Virus record (IMG/VR): IMGVR_UViG_3300000176_000011
Span: 1 to 59,917 of that record
Origin: a virus
Taxonomy: Duplodnaviria; Caudoviricetes
DNA: 59,917 nucleotides
Direction: 5' to 3' (one strand)
Part shown: positions 51,476 to 59,917 of the stretch, in pieces
Position numbering within the stretch: the first letter of the stretch is position 1
How the letters are laid out: each line of letters opens with the position of its first letter
Translations under genes and position numbers: made by a program
The notes under the pieces: model-generated
The model's input: the letters and a program-made list of their open reading frames with translations, nothing else
The model's database searches: none
Told to the model about the DNA's origin: nothing

Positions 51476-51593
51476 ACGCTTCGCGTTTTAATTAAAAGAT
51501 TAACTACTCCTTAATAGTTCGAGCTCAAGCGAAGAACAGAAGAACGCAAGTTCTTCTTCCAGTACTAGATAAATATCACATAGGAAACAACAA

Positions 51594-52634
51594 ATGCGTG
51601 TTATTGACATTATAAGCCAAGATCTCAATGAGGGTAAAATCAGTACTCCTGTTGAGTTTATATGGGATTTATTTTTAAAATCTGAAGGACGTGCGGCTGC
51701 TCGAGAAGCAGTTGCGGCTACTGAAGCAGTTACCAAAGCGGCTGTTAAAAAAGGTGCTCCGTTAACTCCGGCAGAAATGGAACGTCTTGGCATTAAACCT
51801 GAACTACGTAATAATCCTCAATGGACTAGACAAACCGAAGACAATGTTCGTATAGAGCTGGCCAAACGTGCTCCCAAGGTTAAGACACCTCCTGAGCACA
51901 AAATTAGACCTGCTGAAGTTCCTACTAGCCCACGTCCAACTATTAAAGGTGCAATGAATAAATTGTCATTGGCCACTAATCGATTTGCCAGTTTAGCCAG
52001 TAAACTAACTGCTGTTGGTATTAGTGTAGCACCTTTTTATACCTATAACGAAGATGTCAATAGACTAAAAGAAATGTTGGATGCTGGTGAATTAGAAGGT
52101 GGACAAGCAGAATTTGAAGCACAACGACAGGCCAAAATGAGTATTGCCATAGGAACATTTGCCGCAAGCCTAACAGGTTTCTTTGCCATCAAGAGTGTTG
52201 GCCGTGGATCCAGTTGGTTGCTTGGATGGATTCCTGGATTTAAACCTGCTATGAGTTTGCTGACCAGTGCTGGAGCAATTGCTCTTGAAGAATGGTTACG
52301 TGGTCCTGATGGCAGAAAATTAATTGCCAAGGCATTTGCTGAAGATATGTTTAAATTAGATCGTATATTTGGTGCACCAGTAATCAAAGCTCTAGACGAA
52401 TTAAAGAAAATGTTCCCTATGTTTGATAACGGTATTGGCTCGCCTGGTGCAATGACTCCTGCAGATAGAGCCAAAGCAGGTGCGGCTAATAAATCTAATA
52501 TCTCTGCAACATCATCTGCCGCACCTGATGATAAACTAAATGCTGTTGACCCCAAAACACAAGCAATGTTAAATGCATATGGCTATAAACAAACTCCAGG
52601 CGAAGCAGGTCAGAGAAACTTTGATTACAAATAA
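51594..52634 (+). CDS. hypothetical protein (346 aa), late-promoter driven
   Basis: GATAAATA 51568-51575, AGGA RBS; hydrophobic segments in the middle. Confidence 0.7.
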   Translation: MRVIDIISQDLNEGKISTPVEFIWDLFLKSEGRAAAREAVAATEAVTKAAVKKGAPLTPAEMERLGIKPELRNNPQWTRQTEDNVRIELAKRAPKVKTPPEHKIRPAEVPTSPRPTIKGAMNKLSLATNRFASLASKLTAVGISVAPFYTYNEDVNRLKEMLDAGELEGGQAEFEAQRQAKMSIAIGTFAASLTGFFAIKSVGRGSSWLLGWIPGFKPAMSLLTSAGAIALEEWLRGPDGRKLIAKAFAEDMFKLDRIFGAPVIKALDELKKMFPMFDNGIGSPGAMTPADRAKAGAANKSNISATSSAAPDDKLNAVDPKTQAMLNAYGYKQTPGEAGQRNFDYK

Positions 52635-52874
52635 TTAAAGCAAAGGCATTTGACTAGTTTTAGTCATTTCAAGATTTTCTTTTACGATTTCATAGATAGC
52701 TTGCCTATCATCAAAACTATAACGATCCATGAGATCGTTAACGCTGACACCTCCACGCATGTACCAGCTGAGTCTAAACATTTCTTCTTTAATTTTTTTA
52801 ACTTGTGTATCTAGCCTAACTAGATAATCCATTATAGACTCGTTATCTAATCTAATTAGGCTTTCGCGAAAAAA
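52635..52874 (-). CDS. gp51-like tail/hub assembly segment, probably made as a -1 frameshift extension of the upstream gene
   Basis: Frame open from the slippery heptamer at 52874-52868 through ATG 52832; WYMRGGVS motif; no clear RBS of its own. Confidence 0.65.
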   Translation of the reverse strand, partial: FFRESLIRLDNESIMDYLVRLDTQVKKIKEEMFRLSWYMRGGVSVNDLMDRYSFDDRQAIYEIVKENLEMTKTSQMPLL

Positions 52875-53683
52875 CTTGATTCGTCTAAATCTAAGTAAAC
52901 TGGATTTTTTTCGTGGCAGTTATCGCACTCACCTTCAAATGGCGGTGAACGCATTTCAATTCTATTAGTTTCAAATTGATCTTTAATACGGTCAAAAACA
53001 TCTTTGTCACAATTTTGCAACCATTCCATGATAAATTCACGTTCAGTTACTACTTTATCAGCGATTTCAACACTGTCAATACTGGTGGCAAATATTTCAT
53101 TTTGCAAAACACCAAGTTCTTTAAACAAATCTTGGATAATATCTTTTTGTTTTTGCTCATCTTCAAGAGTTGTAGTCTGTGCTAGTCGTCTTTGCAAGTT
53201 GTAATTTTTAATATTAAACTCAGTAGCTTGTTTATATGTTAGTGGACGTAGATTAATTGTTAGTTTGTCTAATAATACCTTACCGTTGTAACTAAAAGAT
53301 TTAAAATGTTCAATAATTTTACTTAGATCTAAAGTATAATCATTACTAGTTTTGCAATGTGGGCAAGTGTGGCTAATGTTTATTTCGTTACCGTAGGTGG
53401 CAATACGAATAGCCGCTAGAACAACTTCAAGATCCAGTGTGCTTAACTTCCAAGCATCTTTAATCACTGGACAACAGCTTTGTATAACACGAACTGTGCT
53501 TTCGCCTGACATTAAACTGTCTGGAGTTTTAACAACAATTTCGTCCATACCAGTCATGCCAAATACAGGCATGTTTGTTGCATCGCCTTGTAATGTCCCT
53601 AGCTCGTTAAAGACTCCTTGGCTAGGAAGACTGATATAAACTTTAGGTTGTCTAAAGTACTGCTGTAAGGGATTTGTGGGCAT
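52856..53683 (-). CDS. gp26: baseplate hub/tail assembly chaperone, T4 gp26-like
   Basis: NPL..YFRQP..YI.LPS; MT..DE; D...L.AIR.A.YG; CPHC and C..C; ends SSFF. Confidence 0.75.
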   Translation of the reverse strand: MPTNPLQQYFRQPKVYISLPSQGVFNELGTLQGDATNMPVFGMTGMDEIVVKTPDSLMSGESTVRVIQSCCPVIKDAWKLSTLDLEVVLAAIRIATYGNEINISHTCPHCKTSNDYTLDLSKIIEHFKSFSYNGKVLLDKLTINLRPLTYKQATEFNIKNYNLQRRLAQTTTLEDEQKQKDIIQDLFKELGVLQNEIFATSIDSVEIADKVVTEREFIMEWLQNCDKDVFDRIKDQFETNRIEMRSPPFEGECDNCHEKNPVYLDLDESSFFAKA

Positions 53684-53694
53684 TTTTTACTCCA

Positions 53695-53720
53695 GATAAA
53701 TATACTGTATAGTATTTATA
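53695..53720. promoter_or_regulatory. face-to-face pair of late promoters
   Basis: GATAAATA (+, 53695-53702) and TATAAATA (-, 53720-53713), 10 bp apart. Confidence 0.7.
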
Positions 53721-53746
53721 TACGCACATTTTCAGGGATTTTTTTT

Positions 53747-56353
53747 ATGGCTGATCCGCAACCAATTACCTATGAGCAAATGCAAAAACTCTTGCAGATG
53801 CAAGCTACTCAACTAGCTGGCATTATCAACAAGGGTGGGTCTAAAGACAGCTCTAGCGGAACATATAGTGCTCCTTATTCTGGTAGCTACGATCCTTACA
53901 TAAGCTCTGGAAATTTATTCAAAGACACAGTTTCTGGAACTATTGGAATATTAGGTAAATTTGGATCAGGAACATTTGACGTTAGCGAAGCACTTAGCAC
54001 AGTTACTGGCATAATTGGTAAATTTGGAACTGCTGGTGAAGTTGCCGCCCAAGTTGTCGGAATGTTGGGTCAAGGTGCAATCAATGCTAATAACGCATTA
54101 AATGAAACATCTAGATACGGCATGACATTTGGCCGTAATATTGCTGGATTTAATGAAGCAATATTAAGTGCTAATTTAACAATTCCAGAATTTGTCAACA
54201 TTGTACAACAAAGCAGTAGACAGATTGTTGGATTAGGCGGTGGTGCAAGTGCATCAGGCAAGGCATTTTTAAATTTATTAGAAGAATTTAATAACACTAA
54301 CATTGGTAAGAAATTAAAAGAAGCCGGTATGGCTCCTAAAGAACTTGCTGACGCTATGATACTAAATGCAGGAGTAATGACTCGTGCAAATACAATGGAT
54401 GCAAATGTTAGGTATCAAGCACAAATAGCTACCGCGGCTTTGGCAGATGAAATGAATAAAGTTGCCGATCTTACAGGCAAGAGTAGAAAACAACAAGAAG
54501 CAGAATTACAAGCAGTAGCTAGTCGTGCAGATGTACAGGCAGAAATATTCCAACGTATGACCATAGATCCAAACTTTGGACCTAATTTAATACGAGCAGC
54601 CGATGGAATGAGTGTATACGGAGACCGTGCTAAACAAGCTATTACAGAAGCCAGTACGCAACTTGGAATTCATACTCCTGAAATGATCAACTTTATAGCC
54701 AGTATGGGTCCAGCTGGTGACGAAATTACCAAGTACGGTGAAGCTATTAAGCGCGGTGTTCCAGCAGAAATAGAAAGACAAAAGAGAGTAACAGAAGAAG
54801 CAGTTGCTAGACAAATGAGCACCAAGGACTATACAGATTTAATGTCCTATCAAAACGGATCTATCCTTGGTGTTGGTAAAGACTTTGAGCAATCAGCCAA
54901 ATATTTGCAAGCCATTAGGGGCGAACAGATAGATTTAGCTAAAAAACAATCTGAAAAAACTGGACAAATAGTAAGTTATCAAGATATTAGCATTGCTCAA
55001 GCAAGAGATTCTTTAATAGAACAAGGTAAATTATCTAGAGAAGGTAAGTTAAAAGACGAAAAGACTGGTGAAGTAAGAGAAGATCCTAAGGCAGTACTAT
55101 CTAAAATCTTAAACGACCTTAATGGTGTGGGCAAAGCAGCCAGCGCAGAAACTGGCAAAATGTTTTCAGCACTTAACGACAAACTAAGTTCAACAGTAAC
55201 TACTGAATTTCCAAACTTTACAAAAGGTTTGCGAGATATGACCAATCCTGCATATATGGAAAAGGTCATAAAGAAAGATTTTGATGACAGCGTTGAAAAA
55301 ATACTTAATAAATTGAATATTCCAGTAGCTGAAAAAGTTCCAGGTGCAAGAGAACGTGCCGCAGAATCTCCTCCAAAGAAAGATGTGGGAAGTCCAGGAA
55401 CTGTTGGAAGTCTAGTTGAAAACTTTGGTCAAGGTACATTAATTGAAACACACGGTAGAGAAGGTGTATTAACCGAACAACAACAGCTTAATCTTGTTCG
55501 TGGCAGTATAGATACTGGTGCTAAAGATGCATTTAGCAATGTACAACGTACACTAACTGCTATGATCAGTGCTGTAAAACCTGAAACTAAACCTCAAGAT
55601 ACCGTTAAAATCAATAGCGATGTGCTATCAGAAAAAATTAATAGTATCAAAGTACCAGATTTTACACAACCTCTAAATCAATTTACAGAACAATTTAGCA
55701 AAGTAGCACCTCCTGACTTGTCTAAAGTACAAGAACAGTTAGATTCGCAAACATCAAACATTAAGTTTCCTGACTTCGGAGTTTTATTCAATGATTTAAC
55801 TAGCAGAATGAGTCAAATCAAACTGCCAGACTTTACAGGACCGTTGAATGAACTAAGCAATCAGATTGGAAATTACGAAATACCTAATCCTGTTGAGCCT
55901 AATAGTGATGGAGTTAGAGATTTAACCAACAGGATGGAAACTATCTTTAAGAAGTTAGCTGGAGATTTTGACGCTACTATTAAAGGCCCGCAGGCATTAA
56001 ACGAATACATTGACAGATCTGCAATTAATTCTGAAGAGTTAAATGAAAGACTTACACAGATTAAAGCTCCTGACTTTAGTAATATTCCAATATTCAAAGA
56101 AATACTTAACGGATTTACGGCAGACCGTACAGAACGTGAAACTAGAATTGAACCTGTACCTCAACCAAAAGAAACCACTGAACGTAGTCGCTTTATTGAA
56201 TCAGATGCTAGTCTAAAAGATGTGGTCAACGGTTTAGATCAGTTAAATAAGAGCATAATGCAAATGGTGGGACATACTGAAAAGCTGACCGACTACAGTA
56301 GTAAGCAGATTAGAGCTACTCAGAGCTTGTCAAATAACCGCTTTGCCGTTTAA
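53747..56353 (+). CDS. tape-measure-like helical protein (gp29 analogue)
   Basis: 868 aa, A/Q/E/K-rich; LADLTGKSRKQ-type motif; HGREGVLT; adjacent to tail chaperone genes. Confidence 0.6.
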   Translation: MADPQPITYEQMQKLLQMQATQLAGIINKGGSKDSSSGTYSAPYSGSYDPYISSGNLFKDTVSGTIGILGKFGSGTFDVSEALSTVTGIIGKFGTAGEVAAQVVGMLGQGAINANNALNETSRYGMTFGRNIAGFNEAILSANLTIPEFVNIVQQSSRQIVGLGGGASASGKAFLNLLEEFNNTNIGKKLKEAGMAPKELADAMILNAGVMTRANTMDANVRYQAQIATAALADEMNKVADLTGKSRKQQEAELQAVASRADVQAEIFQRMTIDPNFGPNLIRAADGMSVYGDRAKQAITEASTQLGIHTPEMINFIASMGPAGDEITKYGEAIKRGVPAEIERQKRVTEEAVARQMSTKDYTDLMSYQNGSILGVGKDFEQSAKYLQAIRGEQIDLAKKQSEKTGQIVSYQDISIAQARDSLIEQGKLSREGKLKDEKTGEVREDPKAVLSKILNDLNGVGKAASAETGKMFSALNDKLSSTVTTEFPNFTKGLRDMTNPAYMEKVIKKDFDDSVEKILNKLNIPVAEKVPGARERAAESPPKKDVGSPGTVGSLVENFGQGTLIETHGREGVLTEQQQLNLVRGSIDTGAKDAFSNVQRTLTAMISAVKPETKPQDTVKINSDVLSEKINSIKVPDFTQPLNQFTEQFSKVAPPDLSKVQEQLDSQTSNIKFPDFGVLFNDLTSRMSQIKLPDFTGPLNELSNQIGNYEIPNPVEPNSDGVRDLTNRMETIFKKLAGDFDATIKGPQALNEYIDRSAINSEELNERLTQIKAPDFSNIPIFKEILNGFTADRTERETRIEPVPQPKETTERSRFIESDASLKDVVNGLDQLNKSIMQMVGHTEKLTDYSSKQIRATQSLSNNRFAV

Positions 56354-56364
56354 GGATAAACTAG

Positions 56365-58110
56365 ATGACTTGGAAAAAGTATTTTTCTCCGGTACAAACC
56401 ACTGGACAACTCAGCACAATATCAGGACTTAACTCTGGTAATCGTCCAGGCCCGGCTAGAACTAATTATTCCAGCTATCTTCCTGACGTTTATACAGGTA
56501 GTCCAAATCGTATAGAGCGATATGCTCAATATGAAGTCATGGATTCGGATCCAGAAGTCAATGCGGCATTGGATATTCTAGCTGAGTTCTGTACACAAAA
56601 ATTAAAAGATTCTAAAAGCCCATTTGCTGTTAAATGGCGTAGCAAAGCAACTAATGTAGAAGTTCGTGTGCTAGGTGAATATCTACAGCAATGGTGTAAA
56701 TTGCAAAAGTTTGATACACGTATTTTTCGTATTGTACGTAACGTATTCAAATATGGAGATGCGTTCTTTATCCGTGACCCAGAGAATCAAAAATGGTCTT
56801 GGGTAGATACTGCACAAGTTATCAAGGTCATTGTTAACGAAAGTGAAGGCAAAAAGCCAGAACAGTTTGTTATTAAGAATCTAGCACCCAACTTTGAAAA
56901 TTTAGTTGCTACACAAATTACTCCAAACATAAATCCACGCAATGCAGGCGGTGGTGTTGTTGTACCTGCTAGCGGATATACTGGATCAAGCGGTGCAAGT
57001 CAAGCTGGTGCTGGTGGCGCAAGCACTAGTTCAAGTAATCGTTTTGGATTACAGCAAACAGAGCATGCTATTAATTCAGAGCATGTAGTTCATTTGAGTT
57101 TAAGTGAAGGTTTAGATAACAATTATCCATTTGGCAATAGCTTATTAGAAAACATCTTTAAGGTCTACAAACAAAAAGAACTATTAGAAGATGCTATTCT
57201 TATCTATCGTATACAACGTGCTCCAGAACGTCGTGTTTTCCATATTGACGTAGGTAATATGCCCAGTCACTTAGCCATGGCATTTGTGGAACGTGTTAAA
57301 AACGAAATACATCAACGCCGTATTCCTTCGCAAACAGGCGGAGGACAGAATGTCATAGACTCTGCATACAACCCTCTAAGCATTAACGAAGATTATTTCT
57401 TCCCTAAAACAGCAGACGGCAAAGGTTCCGACGTAACAATGCTAGAAGGCGGTAAGAATATTGGCGAAATTGACGACTTAAAGTACTTTACTAACAAGTT
57501 ATTCCGTGGATTACGTATTCCAAGTAGCTATTTGCCTACAGGACAAGACGATAGTCAAAGTAATTTCAATGATGGTCGTGTAGGTACTGCTTACATTCAA
57601 GAGCTACGCTTTAACAAATACTGTGAACGACTACAAAGTTTACTAACAGATGTATTTGATGAAGAGTTTAAAATGTTCATGCACAGCAAAGGCATGAATA
57701 TCGACCCTGCGTTGTTTGAATTACAATTCAATCCTCCAATGAACTTTGCTAGTTCACGTCAAGCAACCATTGACGCAGAACGTATTAACACATTCAATAC
57801 CATTGTTGCGGTACCATTTATGAGTAAACGCTTTGCTCTTAAACGATTCCTTGCCCTAACAGACGAAGAAGTAGCAGAAAACGAACGTTTATGGGCAGAA
57901 GAAAACGGTAAAGGACAGCCAACTACTACAGATAGTGCTGGAGAATTGCGTAGTGCAGGACTAAGTGCTGCCGGAATTGAAAATGACATGGGTGATGCTA
58001 GTGACATGACTGCTCCTGAAGATTTAACTGCTGAAGCAGGAGAAGGAGAAGAAGGCCAACAAAGTCCAGCGGCAATGCCACAGCCAGCAACTCCAGGTAC
58101 TCCTACATAA
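56365..58110 (+). CDS. gp20: portal protein, T4 gp20-like
   Basis: LEDAILIYRIQRAPERRVFHIDVGNMP; EDYFFP; LRIPSSYL; ELRFNKYCERLQ. Confidence 0.95.
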   Translation: MTWKKYFSPVQTTGQLSTISGLNSGNRPGPARTNYSSYLPDVYTGSPNRIERYAQYEVMDSDPEVNAALDILAEFCTQKLKDSKSPFAVKWRSKATNVEVRVLGEYLQQWCKLQKFDTRIFRIVRNVFKYGDAFFIRDPENQKWSWVDTAQVIKVIVNESEGKKPEQFVIKNLAPNFENLVATQITPNINPRNAGGGVVVPASGYTGSSGASQAGAGGASTSSSNRFGLQQTEHAINSEHVVHLSLSEGLDNNYPFGNSLLENIFKVYKQKELLEDAILIYRIQRAPERRVFHIDVGNMPSHLAMAFVERVKNEIHQRRIPSQTGGGQNVIDSAYNPLSINEDYFFPKTADGKGSDVTMLEGGKNIGEIDDLKYFTNKLFRGLRIPSSYLPTGQDDSQSNFNDGRVGTAYIQELRFNKYCERLQSLLTDVFDEEFKMFMHSKGMNIDPALFELQFNPPMNFASSRQATIDAERINTFNTIVAVPFMSKRFALKRFLALTDEEVAENERLWAEENGKGQPTTTDSAGELRSAGLSAAGIENDMGDASDMTAPEDLTAEAGEGEEGQQSPAAMPQPATPGTPT

Positions 58111-58117
58111 ATACAAT

Positions 58118-58360
58118 ATGATTTTAAGAGAATTGTTTTATATTGATCCTGATACTAGGCACATAGCCAACGATTTGCGCTATGAGCCAAGTCGCGATAC
58201 GAGTCAATTGCATAGAAGTGATGCACGTAAGACAAGATTAACCTTAAGACAACTTAATGAACTACGCAAAAGTAGTGAAGCACACATACTGGAACAGGAA
58301 AGTGAGTTAGAGTTTATTCACGCAATGTACGCAACTCCCGAGCCTGCACCAGCACAATAA
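58118..58360 (+). CDS. small head-assembly-region protein (80 aa)
   Basis: RKTRLTLRQLNELRK...MY; ATAAATA 4 nt before the ATG. Confidence 0.7.
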   Translation: MILRELFYIDPDTRHIANDLRYEPSRDTSQLHRSDARKTRLTLRQLNELRKSSEAHILEQESELEFIHAMYATPEPAPAQ

Positions 58361-58364
58361 ATAA

Positions 58365-58388
58365 AAAACGGCCAAAACAGGCTGTTTT
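58365..58388 (+). terminator. possible intrinsic terminator
   Basis: AAAACGGCC-AAAACA-GGCTGTTTT stem-loop after the stop. Confidence 0.35.
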
Positions 58389-58467
58389 CATGCCTTATCT
58401 ATACACTTTTTTAACAAAAGTGTAAATATAATACAGCCTTGTAACACAAATCACAGGAGAAATAAAC

Positions 58468-59382
58468 ATGACTGACCGCGCTCAATTTGAAGCAATGCTA
58501 GAAGCCTTGATCAATGAAGATCATGAGCAAGCAAAAGAAATATTCCACAACATCGTTGTTGGAAAATCACGTGAAATTTATGAAGAATTACTAGCTGAAG
58601 ATTTCAGCCCAGAAGAAGCCAACCGTGCTGCCGGCGGACACATGCATTCTGAAAGTTCAGAAGAGGAAGAAGAGTCTGTAGAAGAAGACATGGAAGAAGA
58701 AGGCGCTGAAGAAGGCGAAGAGGAAGAAGAAGGCGAAGAGGAAGAAGAAGACGGTGAAGATGATGCCGAAGATAATCCTTTTGGCGGTGAAGACGATGGC
58801 GAGGAAGACGGTGAAGAAGACGGTGAAGAAGACGACATGGGCGGTGACTCCGATCTAGAAGCCAAAGTATACGATTTAGAAGATGCATTAGAAGATCTAA
58901 AAGCAGAATTTGAACAGCTAATGGCTGGCGAAGAAGCAGAAGAACATGATCACCCAGGTATCCATGACATGGGCGGTGCTGATGCAGACATGGGTGGCGA
59001 CATGGGTCCAGATGATATGGGCGCAATGGGCGAGCCAGACGAATTAGCAACAATGATGGAGTATGTTAACAAAGTTGGTAACGTACAACACGGCGACAAT
59101 GGACAAAACACCAAGTCAATAATTGATAACATGAAGAACGATATGGGCGGTACAACTGCTAATATTGCTCAGAACTTTAGCACAACAACTGGTGGTACAC
59201 AAGGTGGATTGGCAGCGCCAACTACTAAGCCTTTAATTGGCAAAGTACAAAACAGTCCAGATGCAAAAGCAGGCAAGACAGCGTTCAAGAAACAAGAACC
59301 AGGTCATGGTGCTGAGAAGAAAGGCAAAGGCGAAATGGGCGGCACTGATAAGAAGAGTCTTATCGGCGGACGCATTCGTTAA
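58468..59382 (+). CDS. very acidic prohead core/scaffold-like protein
   Basis: Long E/D tract, DMG repeats; between portal and protease; AGGAG RBS. Confidence 0.65.
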   Translation: MTDRAQFEAMLEALINEDHEQAKEIFHNIVVGKSREIYEELLAEDFSPEEANRAAGGHMHSESSEEEEESVEEDMEEEGAEEGEEEEEGEEEEEDGEDDAEDNPFGGEDDGEEDGEEDGEEDDMGGDSDLEAKVYDLEDALEDLKAEFEQLMAGEEAEEHDHPGIHDMGGADADMGGDMGPDDMGAMGEPDELATMMEYVNKVGNVQHGDNGQNTKSIIDNMKNDMGGTTANIAQNFSTTTGGTQGGLAAPTTKPLIGKVQNSPDAKAGKTAFKKQEPGHGAEKKGKGEMGGTDKKSLIGGRIR

Positions 59383-59405
59383 TTAACACAGAGTACATAT
59401 AATAT

Positions 59406-59917
59406 ATGTCACTATACCTCCGAGAGAATCTCAGTTTCAACGAAGCAAAAATGATCGTTGAGTCTGATGACAAAGATGGGAAAAACTTATACATGTCTGG
59501 GATTTGCATCCAAGGCGGTATTCGTAACGCTAACCAGCGTGTTTACCCTGTGAATGAGATTGGCAAGGCTGTCAAGACCCTAAACGATCAGATTCAAAAC
59601 GGTTATTCAGTTCTCGGAGAAGTAGATCATCCAGATGATCTAAAAATTAACCTGGATCGTGTAAGTCACATGATAGTTAATATGTGGATGGACGGTCCTA
59701 ATGGTTACGGGAAGTTGAAAATACTTCCAACACCAATGGGACAACTTATCAAGACAATGTTGGAAAGCGGAGTCAAGCTAGGTGTTTCAAGTCGCGGATC
59801 CGGAAACGTCAAAGATGACGGATCCGGTGAAGTATCAGATTTTGAGATTATCACAGTAGATATGGTAGCTCAACCTAGTGCTCCAGGAGCATATCCCACA
59901 CCAATTTATGAACACCT
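59406..59917 (+). CDS. gp21: prohead protease, T4 gp21-like (runs off the right edge; absent from the ORF track)
   Basis: Manual translation MSLYLRE...RNANQRVYP...LGEVDHP...GVSSRGSG...VDMVAQPSAPGAY. Confidence 0.92.
   Translation, partial: MSLYLRENLSFNEAKMIVESDDKDGKNLYMSGICIQGGIRNANQRVYPVNEIGKAVKTLNDQIQNGYSVLGEVDHPDDLKINLDRVSHMIVNMWMDGPNGYGKLKILPTPMGQLIKTMLESGVKLGVSSRGSGNVKDDGSGEVSDFEIITVDMVAQPSAPGAYPTPIYEH

Noticed and set aside
51500-52555. Minus-strand ORFs 51500-51793 and 52043-52555
   Set aside because: Antisense shadows of the 346-aa gene, with no RBS or motifs.
58578-59132. Ser-rich and Arg/Leu-rich minus-strand ORFs
   Set aside because: Artefacts of GAA/GAC low-complexity codons of the acidic core protein.
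1-59917. Stop-codon reassignment, inteins, diversity-generating retroelement, CRISPR array
   Set aside because: Genes are full length in the standard code. No intein termini, reverse transcriptase, template/variable repeat pair or repeat-spacer array was seen.

Overview
About 60 kb of an AT-rich, T4-like (probably large) myovirus genome, read in the standard code. The left arm (+) holds an RNase H/flap nuclease tail, small hypotheticals, a MoxR-type AAA+ ATPase and VWA-metallopeptidase pair, and thyX. A long minus-strand block follows: a GIY-YIG homing endonuclease, four glycosyltransferase-like genes, four paralogous tail fibres, a 4961-aa baseplate protein and gp6/gp25/gp5/gp53-like baseplate genes. 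The right part holds late sigma gp55, a second homing endonuclease, gp47/gp46, a small GIY-YIG nuclease, tail-chaperone and tape-measure-like genes, portal gp20, an acidic core protein and protease gp21 (truncated). Notable observations not shown by the ORF track: (1) a ~370-nt non-coding element right after the small GIY-YIG gene that folds on the + strand into many G-U-rich helices with three candidate pseudoknots; (2) a cluster of GCGAAGC-type DNA mini-hairpins hidden in gp46 codons, with similar hairpins beside that element; (3) a homing endonuclease that appears to have supplied thyX with a new 3' end, leaving the old end stranded downstream; (4) a T-TTT-TTC -1 frameshift site joining the gp26-like gene to the next ORF; (5) an I-TevI-style hairpin over the second endonuclease's ribosome-binding site. 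All assignments are by motif recognition and hand pairing; no searches or folding software were run.
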